64,000 nt of DNA from Candidatus Thermofontivivens primus (GCA_031458695.1 JAVKJW010000004.1:61283-125282); one strand, 5' to 3'. Positions 25,080-34,900 are shown, counted from the first letter of the stretch. Notes: a model not told the origin generated them from the sequence alone. Translations and numbers: made by a program.

Positions 25080-26345
25080 TCAGCGATCCCCCAACGTCCC
25101 TGCCAGATTCCCAGGAACGCGTGACAACACCGATTCCTCGAACGCACGCAGGGAAGGTGGAATCCGGATTGGTGCTTCTACAACTCCTTCGACTGCCTCA
25201 AGGGTCTTCAGGCCCATCCCTGTGATGTAGGCGACGACAACCTCCTCAGGATCGATCAATCCTTGGGAGGCAAGCCTCCTCAGAACCGCCACCGTCACGC
25301 CGCCCGCGGTCTCCGTGAAGATCCCTTCCGTCTCAGCGAGCAGCCGGATCCCCTCCACGATCTCCTCCTCCCCCGCCATCTCGACGATCCCACCTGTCTT
25401 CCGCACAATGGAAAGGACGTACACCCCGTCGGCAGGGTTTCCAATGGCCAGGGATTTGGCAATGGTGCTGGGGCGCACCGGCATCACGGTATCGGCATGC
25501 GCGGCAAATGCCCGCGCCACAGGCGCACATCCCTCCGGCTGGGCCCCGTGGAACCGAATGGGATGGGGCGGGATGAGCCCCAGTCCCGTCAATTCCTCGA
25601 ACCCCTTGTGGATCTTCACCAGGAGATTGCCAGAAGCCACCGGAACGATCACATGATCAGGAGCCCTCCATCCGAGCTGCTCGGCAACCTCGAACGCCAG
25701 GGTCTTTGCCCCCTCCGAGTAATACGGGCGAAGGTTTACGTTGACAAAAGCCCAGCGGTACTCCTCAGCAAGCTCCGCGCAGAGGCGGTTGACGTCATCG
25801 TACGTCCCCTCCACCTCCACGACCACCGGCCGGTAAATCCCTGTGGTGAGCATCTTGGGGCGCTCGAGCCCAGAAGGGACGAAGATGAACGCCTTCATCC
25901 CACCCCTGGCTGCATGGGCTGCCACGGCATTCGCGAGGTTGCCCGTGGAAGCGCAGGCGACCGCCTCAAATCCGAAGGTCCTCGCCTTTGTCACGGCAAC
26001 GGAGACGACGCGGTCTTTGAAGGAGTGCGTAGGGTTTGTGGTATCGCACTTGAGATAGAGATGTTCCATCCCAAGAAGCTTTCCCAGGCGAGGAGCGTGC
26101 AGGAGGGGAGTGTACCCTACCCCGAGGTCCACGGGTTCCTCGTCCTCCTCAAGGGGCAAGAGCTCGCGGTACCGGTACATGGAGGGAGGACGCATGGCGA
26201 TGCGCTCTGGATGTAACCTCTCCCGGATCGCCGTATAATCGTAGGAAACCTCCAGAGGGCCGAAGCAGCGCTCGCACACGTACCGAGGCTCTAAGGGATA
26301 GCGCGCCCGGCACTCCCGGCAAACCAGGTCCCTCGCGTACCCCAT
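25080..26345 (-). CDS. Threonine-synthase-like PLP enzyme (second paralog; candidate O-phosphohomoserine sulfhydrylase)
   Basis: N-terminal CREC..CERC Zn finger, NPTHSFKDR, ASTGNLA and NVNLRPYYSEG; directly upstream of the moaD-like gene. Confidence 0.85.
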   Translation of the reverse strand: MGYARDLVCRECRARYPLEPRYVCERCFGPLEVSYDYTAIRERLHPERIAMRPPSMYRYRELLPLEEDEEPVDLGVGYTPLLHAPRLGKLLGMEHLYLKCDTTNPTHSFKDRVVSVAVTKARTFGFEAVACASTGNLANAVAAHAARGGMKAFIFVPSGLERPKMLTTGIYRPVVVEVEGTYDDVNRLCAELAEEYRWAFVNVNLRPYYSEGAKTLAFEVAEQLGWRAPDHVIVPVASGNLLVKIHKGFEELTGLGLIPPHPIRFHGAQPEGCAPVARAFAAHADTVMPVRPSTIAKSLAIGNPADGVYVLSIVRKTGGIVEMAGEEEIVEGIRLLAETEGIFTETAGGVTVAVLRRLASQGLIDPEEVVVAYITGMGLKTLEAVEGVVEAPIRIPPSLRAFEESVLSRVPGNLAGTLGDR

Positions 26346-26537
26346 CATCCTCACCTCCTGTGATCCCTCAGGATACCTCAGCAACTTCGCTTCGCTCTGT
26401 GGCCCCTCTCTATCAGAGGCCATACGACGACACTGTCCACGAAGCCCCTCGCTGACCCTTTAAAAGTCTTTTGGCTTTTGCCGCGGCCCTTTCTTTGGTC
26501 CCTCGCAAATCTTGCCCAGAGATCACGCTCGCGCTCC

Positions 26538-27764
26538 TCACACTCGATCGATCTGATCAAGGTTGAACGCCCGGTGGACTGCCCTCACCGCACGCTCCAC
26601 ATCCTTCTCATCGATGATGCACGAGACCTTGATCTCTGAAGTGCTGATGAGCTGGATGTTGATTCCCTCCTGGGCAAGGGCGCCAAACATCTTCGCCGCC
26701 ACACCTGGATTGGTGACCATTCCCGCGCCGACAATGGAGATCTTGGCCACGCCCCCCTCCCACATGACGCCGCTGGCCCCGATCTCCCGGGCGACTTCCT
26801 GCGCAACCTCGGCGGCAGCCTCTCCGTCTGTCGCCGCCACCGTGAAGGAGATGTCCGTCACTCCCTCGCGGCTCGCGCTCTGCACGATCATGTCCACGTT
26901 GATATGCTTGGCGGCAATGGCAGAGAAGAGCCTGTGAGCGATGCCCGGGACATCCGGGACATCCGTGATGGTGATCTTGGCGACGTTGCGATCATGCGCG
27001 ACTGCAGTAACGACCCGTACCTTCTCCATTGCGGTAACCTCCCCTATCCTCGTTCCTTCGGCTTCGCTGAACGTGGACCGGATATGCAGGGGCACGTTGT
27101 ACTGTTTGGCATACTCGGCAGCCCTCGTCTGCAACACCACCGCGCCACTGCTGGCCATCTCCAGGATCTCGTCGAACGAGACGAAATCCAGCTTCTTGGC
27201 CTCCGGCACGATCCTGGGGTCAGCGGTGTAGACTCCCTCCACGTCGGTGTAGATCTCGCATGCCTGTGCATCGAGCGCAGACGCCAGGGCTACCGCCGTC
27301 ACGTCGGAGCCTCCGCGCCCCAGGGTGGTGATCTCGTTATCCGGAGTTACCCCTTGGAAGCCTGCCACAATCACAATGTTCCCCCTTGCGAGCTCCCGGT
27401 GGATGCGCTCCCGGTCCACCTCCAGGATGCGCGCCTTGGTATGAACCCCGTCAGTGAGGATGCGGACCTGGGCGCCGGTGAGGGAGATGGCTGAGTGGCC
27501 GATGGCATGGATGGCCATGGCCAGGAGGGCAATGGAGATTTGCTCTCCCGTCGCAAGGAGCATATCCATCTCTCGTGCGGGAGGCCGCTCGTTGACCTGC
27601 TTGGCGAGCTCAATGAGATGGTCCGTCGTGTCTCCAGGGGCGGAGACGACGACTACGACGTCGTTCCCTGCAACTTTCGTGTTCACTACCCTGCGGGCCA
27701 CGTGCTTAATCCGCTCAGGGGTGGCTACTGAAGTTCCTCCGTATTTTTGAACAATCAGGCCCAT
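26538..27764 (-). CDS. lysC: Aspartate kinase
   Basis: VQKYGGTSV, TTLGRGGSD, YTDVEGVYTADPR and two ACT domains. Confidence 0.95.
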   Translation of the reverse strand: MGLIVQKYGGTSVATPERIKHVARRVVNTKVAGNDVVVVVSAPGDTTDHLIELAKQVNERPPAREMDMLLATGEQISIALLAMAIHAIGHSAISLTGAQVRILTDGVHTKARILEVDRERIHRELARGNIVIVAGFQGVTPDNEITTLGRGGSDVTAVALASALDAQACEIYTDVEGVYTADPRIVPEAKKLDFVSFDEILEMASSGAVVLQTRAAEYAKQYNVPLHIRSTFSEAEGTRIGEVTAMEKVRVVTAVAHDRNVAKITITDVPDVPGIAHRLFSAIAAKHINVDMIVQSASREGVTDISFTVAATDGEAAAEVAQEVAREIGASGVMWEGGVAKISIVGAGMVTNPGVAAKMFGALAQEGINIQLISTSEIKVSCIIDEKDVERAVRAVHRAFNLDQIDRV

Positions 27765-28684
27765 CTCTCTCCTCCCTCCGGCCTCTCCCCCTGCCACACG
27801 TTGACCCTTGCACCATGGAAATCAGGCTCTGTCTCTACGACCCGGCAGTGGATCCCCCGTGCTTCGAAGGCTTCCTTCATGGCCAGCCCCACCCTGCGAT
27901 CCTCTGCGAAAGCTGCCACAGTTGGCCCAGATCCGCTCAGCACAGCTCCGAATGCGCCAGCCTCCCTGGCAGCATGGATCACGTCAAACAGCCAGGGAAC
28001 GAGGGGGAGGCGGTAGACCTGGTGGAGCCTGTCCGCGGTAGCGGTCCAGAGCAGGTCCATCCGTCCTGCGCTGAGCGCGGCCAAGAGCATGGCCGTGCGC
28101 CCCACATTGAACACGGCGTCACGGAACGGCACCGACTCGGGAAGCACCCGGCGTGCCTCCTCCGTGGCAACCTCAAGGGCAGGAATGGCGAGGATCACCC
28201 GCAGAGAAGGATCGACAGGAACCTTCACCCACCGCACCCTGTCATCTTCCACCGCGCTCACCACGAGACCCCCGAGCATGGACGCGGTGACATTGTCTGG
28301 GTGGCCCTCCATACGCCAAGCCAGGTCGATGAGATCCTCCTTGGAGAGCCTTCCCCCGGCGAGGGCGGTGCCCGCGAGGAGCCCTGCCACGATTGCACTT
28401 GCGCTGCTCCCCAGCCCTCTCTTGATCGGGATCGCGTTCTGCTGACATAACCGGATGGGAGGAACGCGAACGCCATGCGCCTTCATGACTGCCTCAATGG
28501 CTCGATAGGCAAGGTGCGTCCGGTCCCTCGGGAGATCGTCTTCCCCCTCCCCACGGATCTCCACAGAGAACTCCTCCCCGATCTCCACCGTGAGGGAGTT
28601 GTACAGGCGCACCGCCAGGCCAAGGGCATCGAACCCAGGACCGAGGTTGGCGATCGTTGCTGGGACCTGTACCTCAACCTTCAT
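27755..28684 (-). CDS. thrB: Homoserine kinase
   Basis: PATIANLGPGFD, RGLGSSA, EGHPDN and SGSGPT. Confidence 0.95.
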   Translation of the reverse strand: MKVEVQVPATIANLGPGFDALGLAVRLYNSLTVEIGEEFSVEIRGEGEDDLPRDRTHLAYRAIEAVMKAHGVRVPPIRLCQQNAIPIKRGLGSSASAIVAGLLAGTALAGGRLSKEDLIDLAWRMEGHPDNVTASMLGGLVVSAVEDDRVRWVKVPVDPSLRVILAIPALEVATEEARRVLPESVPFRDAVFNVGRTAMLLAALSAGRMDLLWTATADRLHQVYRLPLVPWLFDVIHAAREAGAFGAVLSGSGPTVAAFAEDRRVGLAMKEAFEARGIHCRVVETEPDFHGARVNVWQGERPEGGERWA

Positions 28685-29742
28685 CCGCCAATGACCTCCC
28701 TCACCGCGCCGGCAACCGCATCCAGGGTAGGCGGAACGGGCACCGGCGTAGGGAAACGTGAGAGAACGATCTCCACATCCTTGAGCCCATGACCCGTCAG
28801 GAGGCACACAGCGACCTCCCCATGGGGGAGGACACCGTTGCGGGCGAGATGCAACATCCCAGCCACAGAAGCGGCGGAGGCAGGTTCTACGAACAGCCCT
28901 TCCTCCCTGGCGAGTCTCAACTGGGCTTCTAGGATCTCCTCATCGCTCACGCGAGCGATCAGCCCCTCGGACTCCTCGATGGCCTTCACCGCTCCTTGCC
29001 AGCTCGCTGGGTTCCCAATCCGGATCGCCGTCGCCACTGTCCTGGGTTCACGGATCGGCCTCCCCTCCACAATGGGTGAGGCTCCCTGGGCTTGAAACCC
29101 TAGCATCCTGGGAAGCTTGCGGATCCTTCCCAGGCGGTGGTACTCCACAAAACCACGCCAGATCGCTGTGATGTTGCCAGCGTTGCCCACGGGTAGGGCG
29201 AAGAGGTCGGGAGCGTCCCCGAGTACATCGCAGATCTCGAACGCTGCTGTCTTCTGTCCCTCGAGACGGTAAGGGTTCAGGGAGTTCACCAGGGTGAGCG
29301 GGAGGCGGTCTGCCGCCTCGCGAGCAAGGGAAAGGGCCTGGTCGAAGGTGCCGTCGATGGCAATGATCACCGCGCCGTGGGCGACTGCCTGTCCAAGTTT
29401 ACCCGTTGCCACCGCCCCGCTGGGAACGATGACGAAGGCCGGAATGCGAGCCCTGGCGGCATAAGCGGCTGCGGACGCGGAGGTGTTCCCCGTGGAAGCA
29501 CACACGACGCCCCGCGCCTCGATCTCCAGGGCCTTCGAGATGGCCACCGTCATCCCCCGATCCTTGAACGAGCCTGTTGGGTTCGCCCCTTCGAATTTCA
29601 CGTACACCTGGATCCCTAGCTCCCGGGAGAGGCTTTGAACCGGGACAAGCGGCGTGTTCCCCTCATACAGGGTGACCACTGGGGTCTGCGGGCCCACCGG
29701 GAGATGGTCACGGTATTCCTCAATGATCCCCAGCCAGCTCAT
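28681..29742 (-). CDS. thrC: Threonine synthase
   Basis: EGNTPL, NPTGSFKDRGM, CASTGNTSAS, PVGNAGN and TGHGLKD. Confidence 0.95.
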   Translation of the reverse strand: MSWLGIIEEYRDHLPVGPQTPVVTLYEGNTPLVPVQSLSRELGIQVYVKFEGANPTGSFKDRGMTVAISKALEIEARGVVCASTGNTSASAAAYAARARIPAFVIVPSGAVATGKLGQAVAHGAVIIAIDGTFDQALSLAREAADRLPLTLVNSLNPYRLEGQKTAAFEICDVLGDAPDLFALPVGNAGNITAIWRGFVEYHRLGRIRKLPRMLGFQAQGASPIVEGRPIREPRTVATAIRIGNPASWQGAVKAIEESEGLIARVSDEEILEAQLRLAREEGLFVEPASAASVAGMLHLARNGVLPHGEVAVCLLTGHGLKDVEIVLSRFPTPVPVPPTLDAVAGAVREVIGG

Positions 29743-31034
29743 CCTTCCGAATCCTCCACCCTGATGACGTTGCTGACCTCTTTCACCACGGGGAGATCCC
29801 GCAGGCGATCGAGAACCCTTCGCATCTGGCCCTCCCGCGTCTTATGCGTGATCATGATCACTTCAGCTGTCTCCCCGCGGCTCTTCTGCACAATCGAGGC
29901 GATGCTCACCTCTTCCTCGCCAAAGACCCCGGCGATCCGGGCAAAGACCCCTGGCCTGTCCACAACTTGAAGGCTCAGGTAGAAAGGGACCTCCACCTGT
30001 TCGGCGGGGAGGACCGGTTTCTGTCGGTAACAGGTGCAGCGGATCCGGCCGTTCGCCCGGAATCGGATGTTCCGGCCGATGTCCACGATATCCGAAATCA
30101 CCGCACTTGCCGTGGGGAGCCCACCCGCGCCACGCCCGTAGAACATCACCTCCCCAACGGCATCCCCCCGGATCAGGACGGCGTTGTACTCGTTGGAAAC
30201 GGTGGCGAGAGGATGGTGGGAGGGGATGAGAACAGGATGGACGCGCACCTCCACGTGATCGTCGGTATTCCTGCCGATGGCCAGGAGCTTGATGGTATAC
30301 CCGAGCTCCTGGGCGTAGGCGATGTCGCGCGGGGAGATCTTTGCAATCCCCTCCCTAGGGACATCGCTTGCGGTGACCCTCGTGTTGAAGGCGACCGAGG
30401 CCAGGATGGCCAGCTTGCTCGCAGCGTCGTGCCCGTCGATGTCTTCCGTCGGATCCTGCTCCGCAAAGCCCCGGCGTTGCGCGTCGGCGAGGGCTTGGCT
30501 GAACGTCCACCCCTCCTGTGCCATCTTCGTGAGGATATAGTTGGTCGTCCCGTTAAGGATCGCTAGGATCTCGGTGATCCTGTCTGCGGCCAGAGACTCT
30601 TTGAGGGGGCGGATGATTGGGATGCCGCCTCCCACGCTCCCCTCGAAGTAGAGGTCCACACCGCGGGCCTCCGCGGCATCGAGGAGCTCCCTCCCACGGT
30701 TGGCCATCAGCTGCTTATTCGCCGTGACCACGCTCTTCCCCGACTCGATGGCTTTGAGGAGGTAGGAGCGCGTTGGTTCAATCCCTCCCATTACCTCCAC
30801 GATGACATCCACCTCGGGATCTTCCACGACCTCCCAGGCGTTCCCGGTGAGGAGGTCCCGATCCACCGGCACCGGCCGTGGCTTCTCTGGGTGCGCGACG
30901 GCGATCCGCCGCACCTGAAAATCCACGCCCGCGCGCATGGCGATATCCTCGGCGTTCCGGTGCAGGACTTCGTACACGGCGGAGCCGACCGTCCCGAGCC
31001 CAAGGAACCCTAATCGCACGACCTGCTTCCCCAT
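29739..31034 (-). CDS. hom: Homoserine dehydrogenase
   Basis: GLGTVG, VVTANK, EGSVGGGIP, NGTTNYIL and a C-terminal ACT domain. Confidence 0.95.
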   Translation of the reverse strand: MGKQVVRLGFLGLGTVGSAVYEVLHRNAEDIAMRAGVDFQVRRIAVAHPEKPRPVPVDRDLLTGNAWEVVEDPEVDVIVEVMGGIEPTRSYLLKAIESGKSVVTANKQLMANRGRELLDAAEARGVDLYFEGSVGGGIPIIRPLKESLAADRITEILAILNGTTNYILTKMAQEGWTFSQALADAQRRGFAEQDPTEDIDGHDAASKLAILASVAFNTRVTASDVPREGIAKISPRDIAYAQELGYTIKLLAIGRNTDDHVEVRVHPVLIPSHHPLATVSNEYNAVLIRGDAVGEVMFYGRGAGGLPTASAVISDIVDIGRNIRFRANGRIRCTCYRQKPVLPAEQVEVPFYLSLQVVDRPGVFARIAGVFGEEEVSIASIVQKSRGETAEVIMITHKTREGQMRRVLDRLRDLPVVKEVSNVIRVEDSEG

Positions 31035-31077
31035 GACATTCTCCACAAGAAGCCCGCCCCTACTCACCCCTTGGCAT

Positions 31078-31108
31078 AAAAAACCCCTCCAATTCCTCGG
31101 AGGGGTTG
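31078..31108 (-). terminator. Intrinsic terminator of the SAM riboswitch expression platform
   Basis: Minus strand aacccctcc-gaggaatt-ggagggg-tttttt. Confidence 0.85.
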
Positions 31109-31121
31109 CGACGAGGCGACC

Positions 31122-31237
31122 CTCTTATCTCTCGGAATTGGATTCCGCGGGAGTTGGCACCTTACCCTCGCGGGACGCAGGCGAGAGCAGGTTGCCGGGC
31201 GTCATTGGGCCCGTCCCTCAGCCACTCTGGATAAGAG
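31122..31237 (-). ncRNA. SAM-I (S-box) riboswitch
   Basis: Minus strand CTCTTATCCAGAGTGGCTGAGGGACGGGCCC..GGCAACC..GGTGCCAACTCC..GAGAGATAAGAG. Confidence 0.96.
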
Positions 31238-31267
31238 AGAATCCACAATATTCGGTTGTTGGCACAA

Positions 31268-31296
31268 ACTTTACCACACCCCTTTCCCTCTGTCAA
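31268..31296 (-). promoter_or_regulatory. Promoter of the S-box/hom operon
   Basis: TTGACA-N17-TAAAGT with an upstream TG. Confidence 0.8.
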
Positions 31297-31312
31297 GATC
31301 AAGTCCCCAGCG

Positions 31313-31365
31313 TGTCGTCGGTCTGTGAGATTGTCACCCCGTAAGCGGTCTGAGAAAATGTCACC
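31313..31365 (+). mobile_element. IS21-family-like terminal remnant
   Basis: Begins TGT; two 20-nt direct repeats cggtctgtgagattgtcacc and cggtctgagaaaatgtcacc (17/20 identical, 27-bp period). Confidence 0.45.
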
Positions 31366-31470
31366 GCAGGGATTGCGGACAAGCAAACCCCGCCACACGG
31401 CATGGTGTAGGGCTCCGTAGAGCATCACGAAGGAATTGCGTACGGTCGTTGTCGAAAGACCCCATTGCTC
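31360..31470 (-). pseudogene. Tyrosine integrase core-binding domain fragment
   Basis: Translates as GLSTTTVRNSFVMLYGALHHAVWRGLLVRNPC, resembling the phage/ICE integrase 'AL..AV..GL..RNP' segment; in-frame stop upstream. Confidence 0.6.
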
Positions 31471-31730
31471 TTACTGCTCAGCTACCCCTGGTTGTCTACG
31501 GCGAGAGCCGGAGCAAAGGCGATGCGGCCTAACGCGAGAATCAGGATTTTTCTACAATGTCGTCGGAATCGACCTCTTCCATGAAGCTGGGTGGGAAAGC
31601 GTGCCAGGTGCGCTTCCCGCTGAGTCCTGTGAGAGTATCGTTTGTACCTCCTGGTTCCAGACACCTGGGAGTCGCTTCGCCGTCAATCAAGACTGTGCCA
31701 TGGACTGGACTCCGGAGTTGTTGCCCCGAC

Positions 31731-33356
31731 TTATGTTCTGGTTGGGGTTTCCTCGTGAGAGACCCCGCAGGAAACGCCAAAAATACGCCGGTACACATCT
31801 TCACCATAGGTGGTGGCCAGCGGCTCACCTTTGAGGATTCGATAGGTGCGGCGTCCATCTTGAAGCCGCTCCGCGCGGAGGAAGCACGCGCTTTCCGGCC
31901 CCTTCTCGTAGAAGGAGCGGGCGAGCTCGTAGAAGTGGGTAACGAAGTAGACCCGGACCCCCAGTTCTGTGACTGCTTGGATGAGTTGACGGGCGATCTC
32001 CGATCCTTCCCGTTCGTTGGTCGCCGAAAAGGACTCGTTACAGAGGAGAACCGCTCCGGAACGCAGGTGATCCACAATGACGCTCATACGCGCAAGTTCC
32101 CCATCGAATTTACCGCTTTGGAGCCGAATGTCCTCCTCACGCCGAAAGTGGGTAAAGAGGCCGGAGCAGAGGCTTGCGGTGAAGGACTGTGCAGGAACGA
32201 ACGCCCCGGCCTGCATCAAGAGCTGTGCGATCCCGAGGCTGCGAAGGAAGGTCGTTTTGCCTCCTGAGTTGGGGCCGGTGATCATGAGGAGCGTCTTCCC
32301 ATCCGCGTGAAGGTCGTTGGGGATTACGGGCCGGTCTACGGTCAGAGCAAGGCTTACGTCGTATAGGCCGTGGAAGGAGAGCCGGTGTTCGGAAACCGGT
32401 GCAGGTTGAGGGAAGCAGGTGTGGTACCCGCGACGGGTGAGTGCTTCATGGAGGTTGAGACAGCCGATGTAGAAGGCGAGCTCTGCCCGCAGCATGGCGA
32501 AGAAGTCACGCACGTGGCTTGCGGCTTGCCCTAGAGCCTCCGCAGCAGAAGCGATAGCTCGGCTCCGGAGCTCCCCGAGCGCCTGCGCTCCAGCCTCATC
32601 ACGGGGAGAGAGTTCGAACCGATAAACCGGTGGCTTTGCCTCGAAGAGGTCCCGCCACCAGTCCCAAAGGCCTCTGCGGAGTTTTGGGACCCGATGAAGG
32701 CGATAGCGGGTGCCTTTATGGGCGGGGCCTAACTCCGCGCTCAAGAGCACGCCATGAGGGAATTTCAGTTCGTGGAGGTGACCCTCTACCTCCGTGAGGT
32801 ACTCCGCACTCAGATTCACCTGAATGGTCGTGAAGAACTGCTTCCAACCCTCCGCGCGGAAGCAAGGCGCATACTGGGCCACGAGCTGGTGCAACGCACG
32901 GAGGGGGCGAAGGAGATCCATGAGCGTCTCAAGGGCGTCCCGGAGGACCCAGTCGGGGTAGCGAGAGAGCACACCCAGATGGTGGCCTCTCCTTCCCTCC
33001 GTCACCTCCACCGCGAGGGTGTAGAGCTGGCGCACCACGTCCGGCTGCTGGAGGCAGTCCTGCAGGACGGCTTGGCGGTACCAGATGATCTCCAGATCAG
33101 CCTGCACGGCCTCCAGCAAAACCCTCCGGCTCACCTCGAAGATCCAGTCATCGTCCTGGGCCATAGCAGAGAAAAGGGGCGCGAGATCCAGGTCCCGCTG
33201 AAGATCCTCCGCGTTCGGGGGGAGAGCCGCGCAGGGATCAACGTCAGGAAGCTGACGGGAGCGAATACTCGCGCGCCGATTGGCGCGCTCCGCGGCCGCG
33301 AGCTGTGCCCACCTCCAATCAAAGTCCATATTGGGATAGAGCAGACGGGCTTTCAC
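31731..33356 (-). CDS. MutS-like ATPase-domain protein B (MutS4-type)
   Basis: Walker A GPNSGGKT, Walker B variant LLCNESFSAT and VTHF; no mismatch-binding domain; GTG start overlaps the upstream stop (GTGA). Confidence 0.88.
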   Translation of the reverse strand: MKARLLYPNMDFDWRWAQLAAAERANRRASIRSRQLPDVDPCAALPPNAEDLQRDLDLAPLFSAMAQDDDWIFEVSRRVLLEAVQADLEIIWYRQAVLQDCLQQPDVVRQLYTLAVEVTEGRRGHHLGVLSRYPDWVLRDALETLMDLLRPLRALHQLVAQYAPCFRAEGWKQFFTTIQVNLSAEYLTEVEGHLHELKFPHGVLLSAELGPAHKGTRYRLHRVPKLRRGLWDWWRDLFEAKPPVYRFELSPRDEAGAQALGELRSRAIASAAEALGQAASHVRDFFAMLRAELAFYIGCLNLHEALTRRGYHTCFPQPAPVSEHRLSFHGLYDVSLALTVDRPVIPNDLHADGKTLLMITGPNSGGKTTFLRSLGIAQLLMQAGAFVPAQSFTASLCSGLFTHFRREEDIRLQSGKFDGELARMSVIVDHLRSGAVLLCNESFSATNEREGSEIARQLIQAVTELGVRVYFVTHFYELARSFYEKGPESACFLRAERLQDGRRTYRILKGEPLATTYGEDVYRRIFGVSCGVSHEETPTRT

Positions 33357-34900
33357 GGGCGGAGGCGCTCCCGGATCATTTCGTAGGTGAGGCGGTGCTT
33401 GCGAGCAAGCGTCATAGCATAGGCAAGGCCATCCGCAGGCCGGCGCTCGATGCGGAAGGTGCGCACCTCGGGATTGTGGGGGTCCACAGTGGCCACCATA
33501 CTCACAGTCTTCTCGTTGAGGGAGGCGAGCTCGTCCAGGAAGGTGACCCACACACAAGGGGCGCCAAGGTCCAAGATGGCGGAGACGATCCGCTTGCTGA
33601 GGAAAAGGGCATCATGGAGGGACGTGGAGGAGAAGATCTCGTTGATGATCAGTAAGCTCCGTGAGGTAGCGTCTGCGAGAATCTCGCGGATCCGCAGGAG
33701 GTCATCCTCGAGTTTGCCCACAACGCCCTCGGGGTGCTCTCCCTGCTCGAAGTGGGTGAAGATCCGGTCCGGGAGGTAGAGCTGGGCCTCGGTTCCTGGC
33801 ACAGGACACCCCAGCGCAGCGAGGTGATGGAGCTGCCCGATGCTCCGGGCGAAGGTGGTCTTCCCACCCTGGTTGGGGCCAGTGACCACGAGCATACGTT
33901 CAGGGCCGTCGAGCGCGAAATCGTTGCAAACAGGAAGGGAGCCTTCCCGGAGGAGTTTGGTGGCAAGGACGAGGTCAAAGCACTGCCTGGCGTAGATCCG
34001 GCTGGACGCTTCCGTGATGTGAGGGTAGCAGAAGGGAAGCCCTGCCTGCTTCAACGGGGCGATGTAGTCGAGGTAGCCTAGGTAGAACTGGGCCTCCCGG
34101 TCAAAGACCGCAATGGTGGGATCTACGAAGGCACGGTGGACCTGGCGGAAGGCTGCGAGACGGGAGAAGACCTCCGGATACAAGGTGGCCACACCGTCTA
34201 GGATCTGAGCTTCCACATGGTTCATCTCTGGGGAGTCCTTGAAGAGAAAGTTGTAGCCAGGGACGTCCGCTTGGCGAAAGCGTGCGAAGGTACGGGTGAT
34301 CTCTGCGCTGTAGTCCTCCTCCCCGGCATAGGCTCGTACCTCTACCCGCAGTCCGTGGATCCGGACAGCATACCGGATGGAGGACAGGAGATGGCGAAGC
34401 TGTAGCGCCTCCTCCCTGAGCCGTAGGAACTGCGCCGAAGCGGTGTAGTGAAGCAGGAAGTTGCGGAAGGCCACGAGGCCTGTGGATCGAAGCCGAGTGT
34501 TGGAGAGGCCCTGGGTGAGGCCCAGGACGGCATCACAGTAGGTGGAAACGGCATCTAAAAACCAACGCTCCTGCTGTCGCTCGTAGTACGTCTTCTGGGC
34601 GTGTGCGAGGTTTTCTCGGACAGTGCGCATGGCCGAGGCGAAGGCTGTCAACTGGGCGTATACCTCGAGGTCCTCGATGTCCTTCATAACCTCCTGGCGG
34701 TAGAGAACTGCGGAGACATCGGTAAGGGGTGTATAGAAGAAGGAATTGAGGTCGTACTCCTCTCGGCCCGCAGTGATGGCGTTTACAACTTGGTGCAGGA
34801 AGAGGTCAGGGAAATAGGGCGGGGGATCGACCCGGAGGGTGGGCCTGGGCGTATCCAGCGGGAAAAGGACGCTCGGGGAGGCAAAAGTCAGAGCTTCCAT
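33353..34900 (-). CDS. MutS-like ATPase-domain protein A (MutS4-type)
   Basis: Walker A GPNQGGKT, LLIINEIFSST and WVTFLDEL; start overlaps the USP stop (TGATG). Confidence 0.88.
   Translation of the reverse strand: MEALTFASPSVLFPLDTPRPTLRVDPPPYFPDLFLHQVVNAITAGREEYDLNSFFYTPLTDVSAVLYRQEVMKDIEDLEVYAQLTAFASAMRTVRENLAHAQKTYYERQQERWFLDAVSTYCDAVLGLTQGLSNTRLRSTGLVAFRNFLLHYTASAQFLRLREEALQLRHLLSSIRYAVRIHGLRVEVRAYAGEEDYSAEITRTFARFRQADVPGYNFLFKDSPEMNHVEAQILDGVATLYPEVFSRLAAFRQVHRAFVDPTIAVFDREAQFYLGYLDYIAPLKQAGLPFCYPHITEASSRIYARQCFDLVLATKLLREGSLPVCNDFALDGPERMLVVTGPNQGGKTTFARSIGQLHHLAALGCPVPGTEAQLYLPDRIFTHFEQGEHPEGVVGKLEDDLLRIREILADATSRSLLIINEIFSSTSLHDALFLSKRIVSAILDLGAPCVWVTFLDELASLNEKTVSMVATVDPHNPEVRTFRIERRPADGLAYAMTLARKHRLTYEMIRERLRP

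Noticed and set aside
26360..26460. Second SAM riboswitch before thrC2
   Set aside because: Only a short 'gatagagag' resemblance and a hairpin; the core ATC.AGAG, GCAACC and GTGC elements are missing.
31482..31730. Small ORFs between the integrase fragment and MutS-B
   Set aside because: No recognisable motif; probably decayed island sequence.
31731..34900. Canonical mismatch-repair MutS1 or MutS2
   Set aside because: Too short; no N-terminal mismatch-binding domain, no Smr domain and no mutL nearby.
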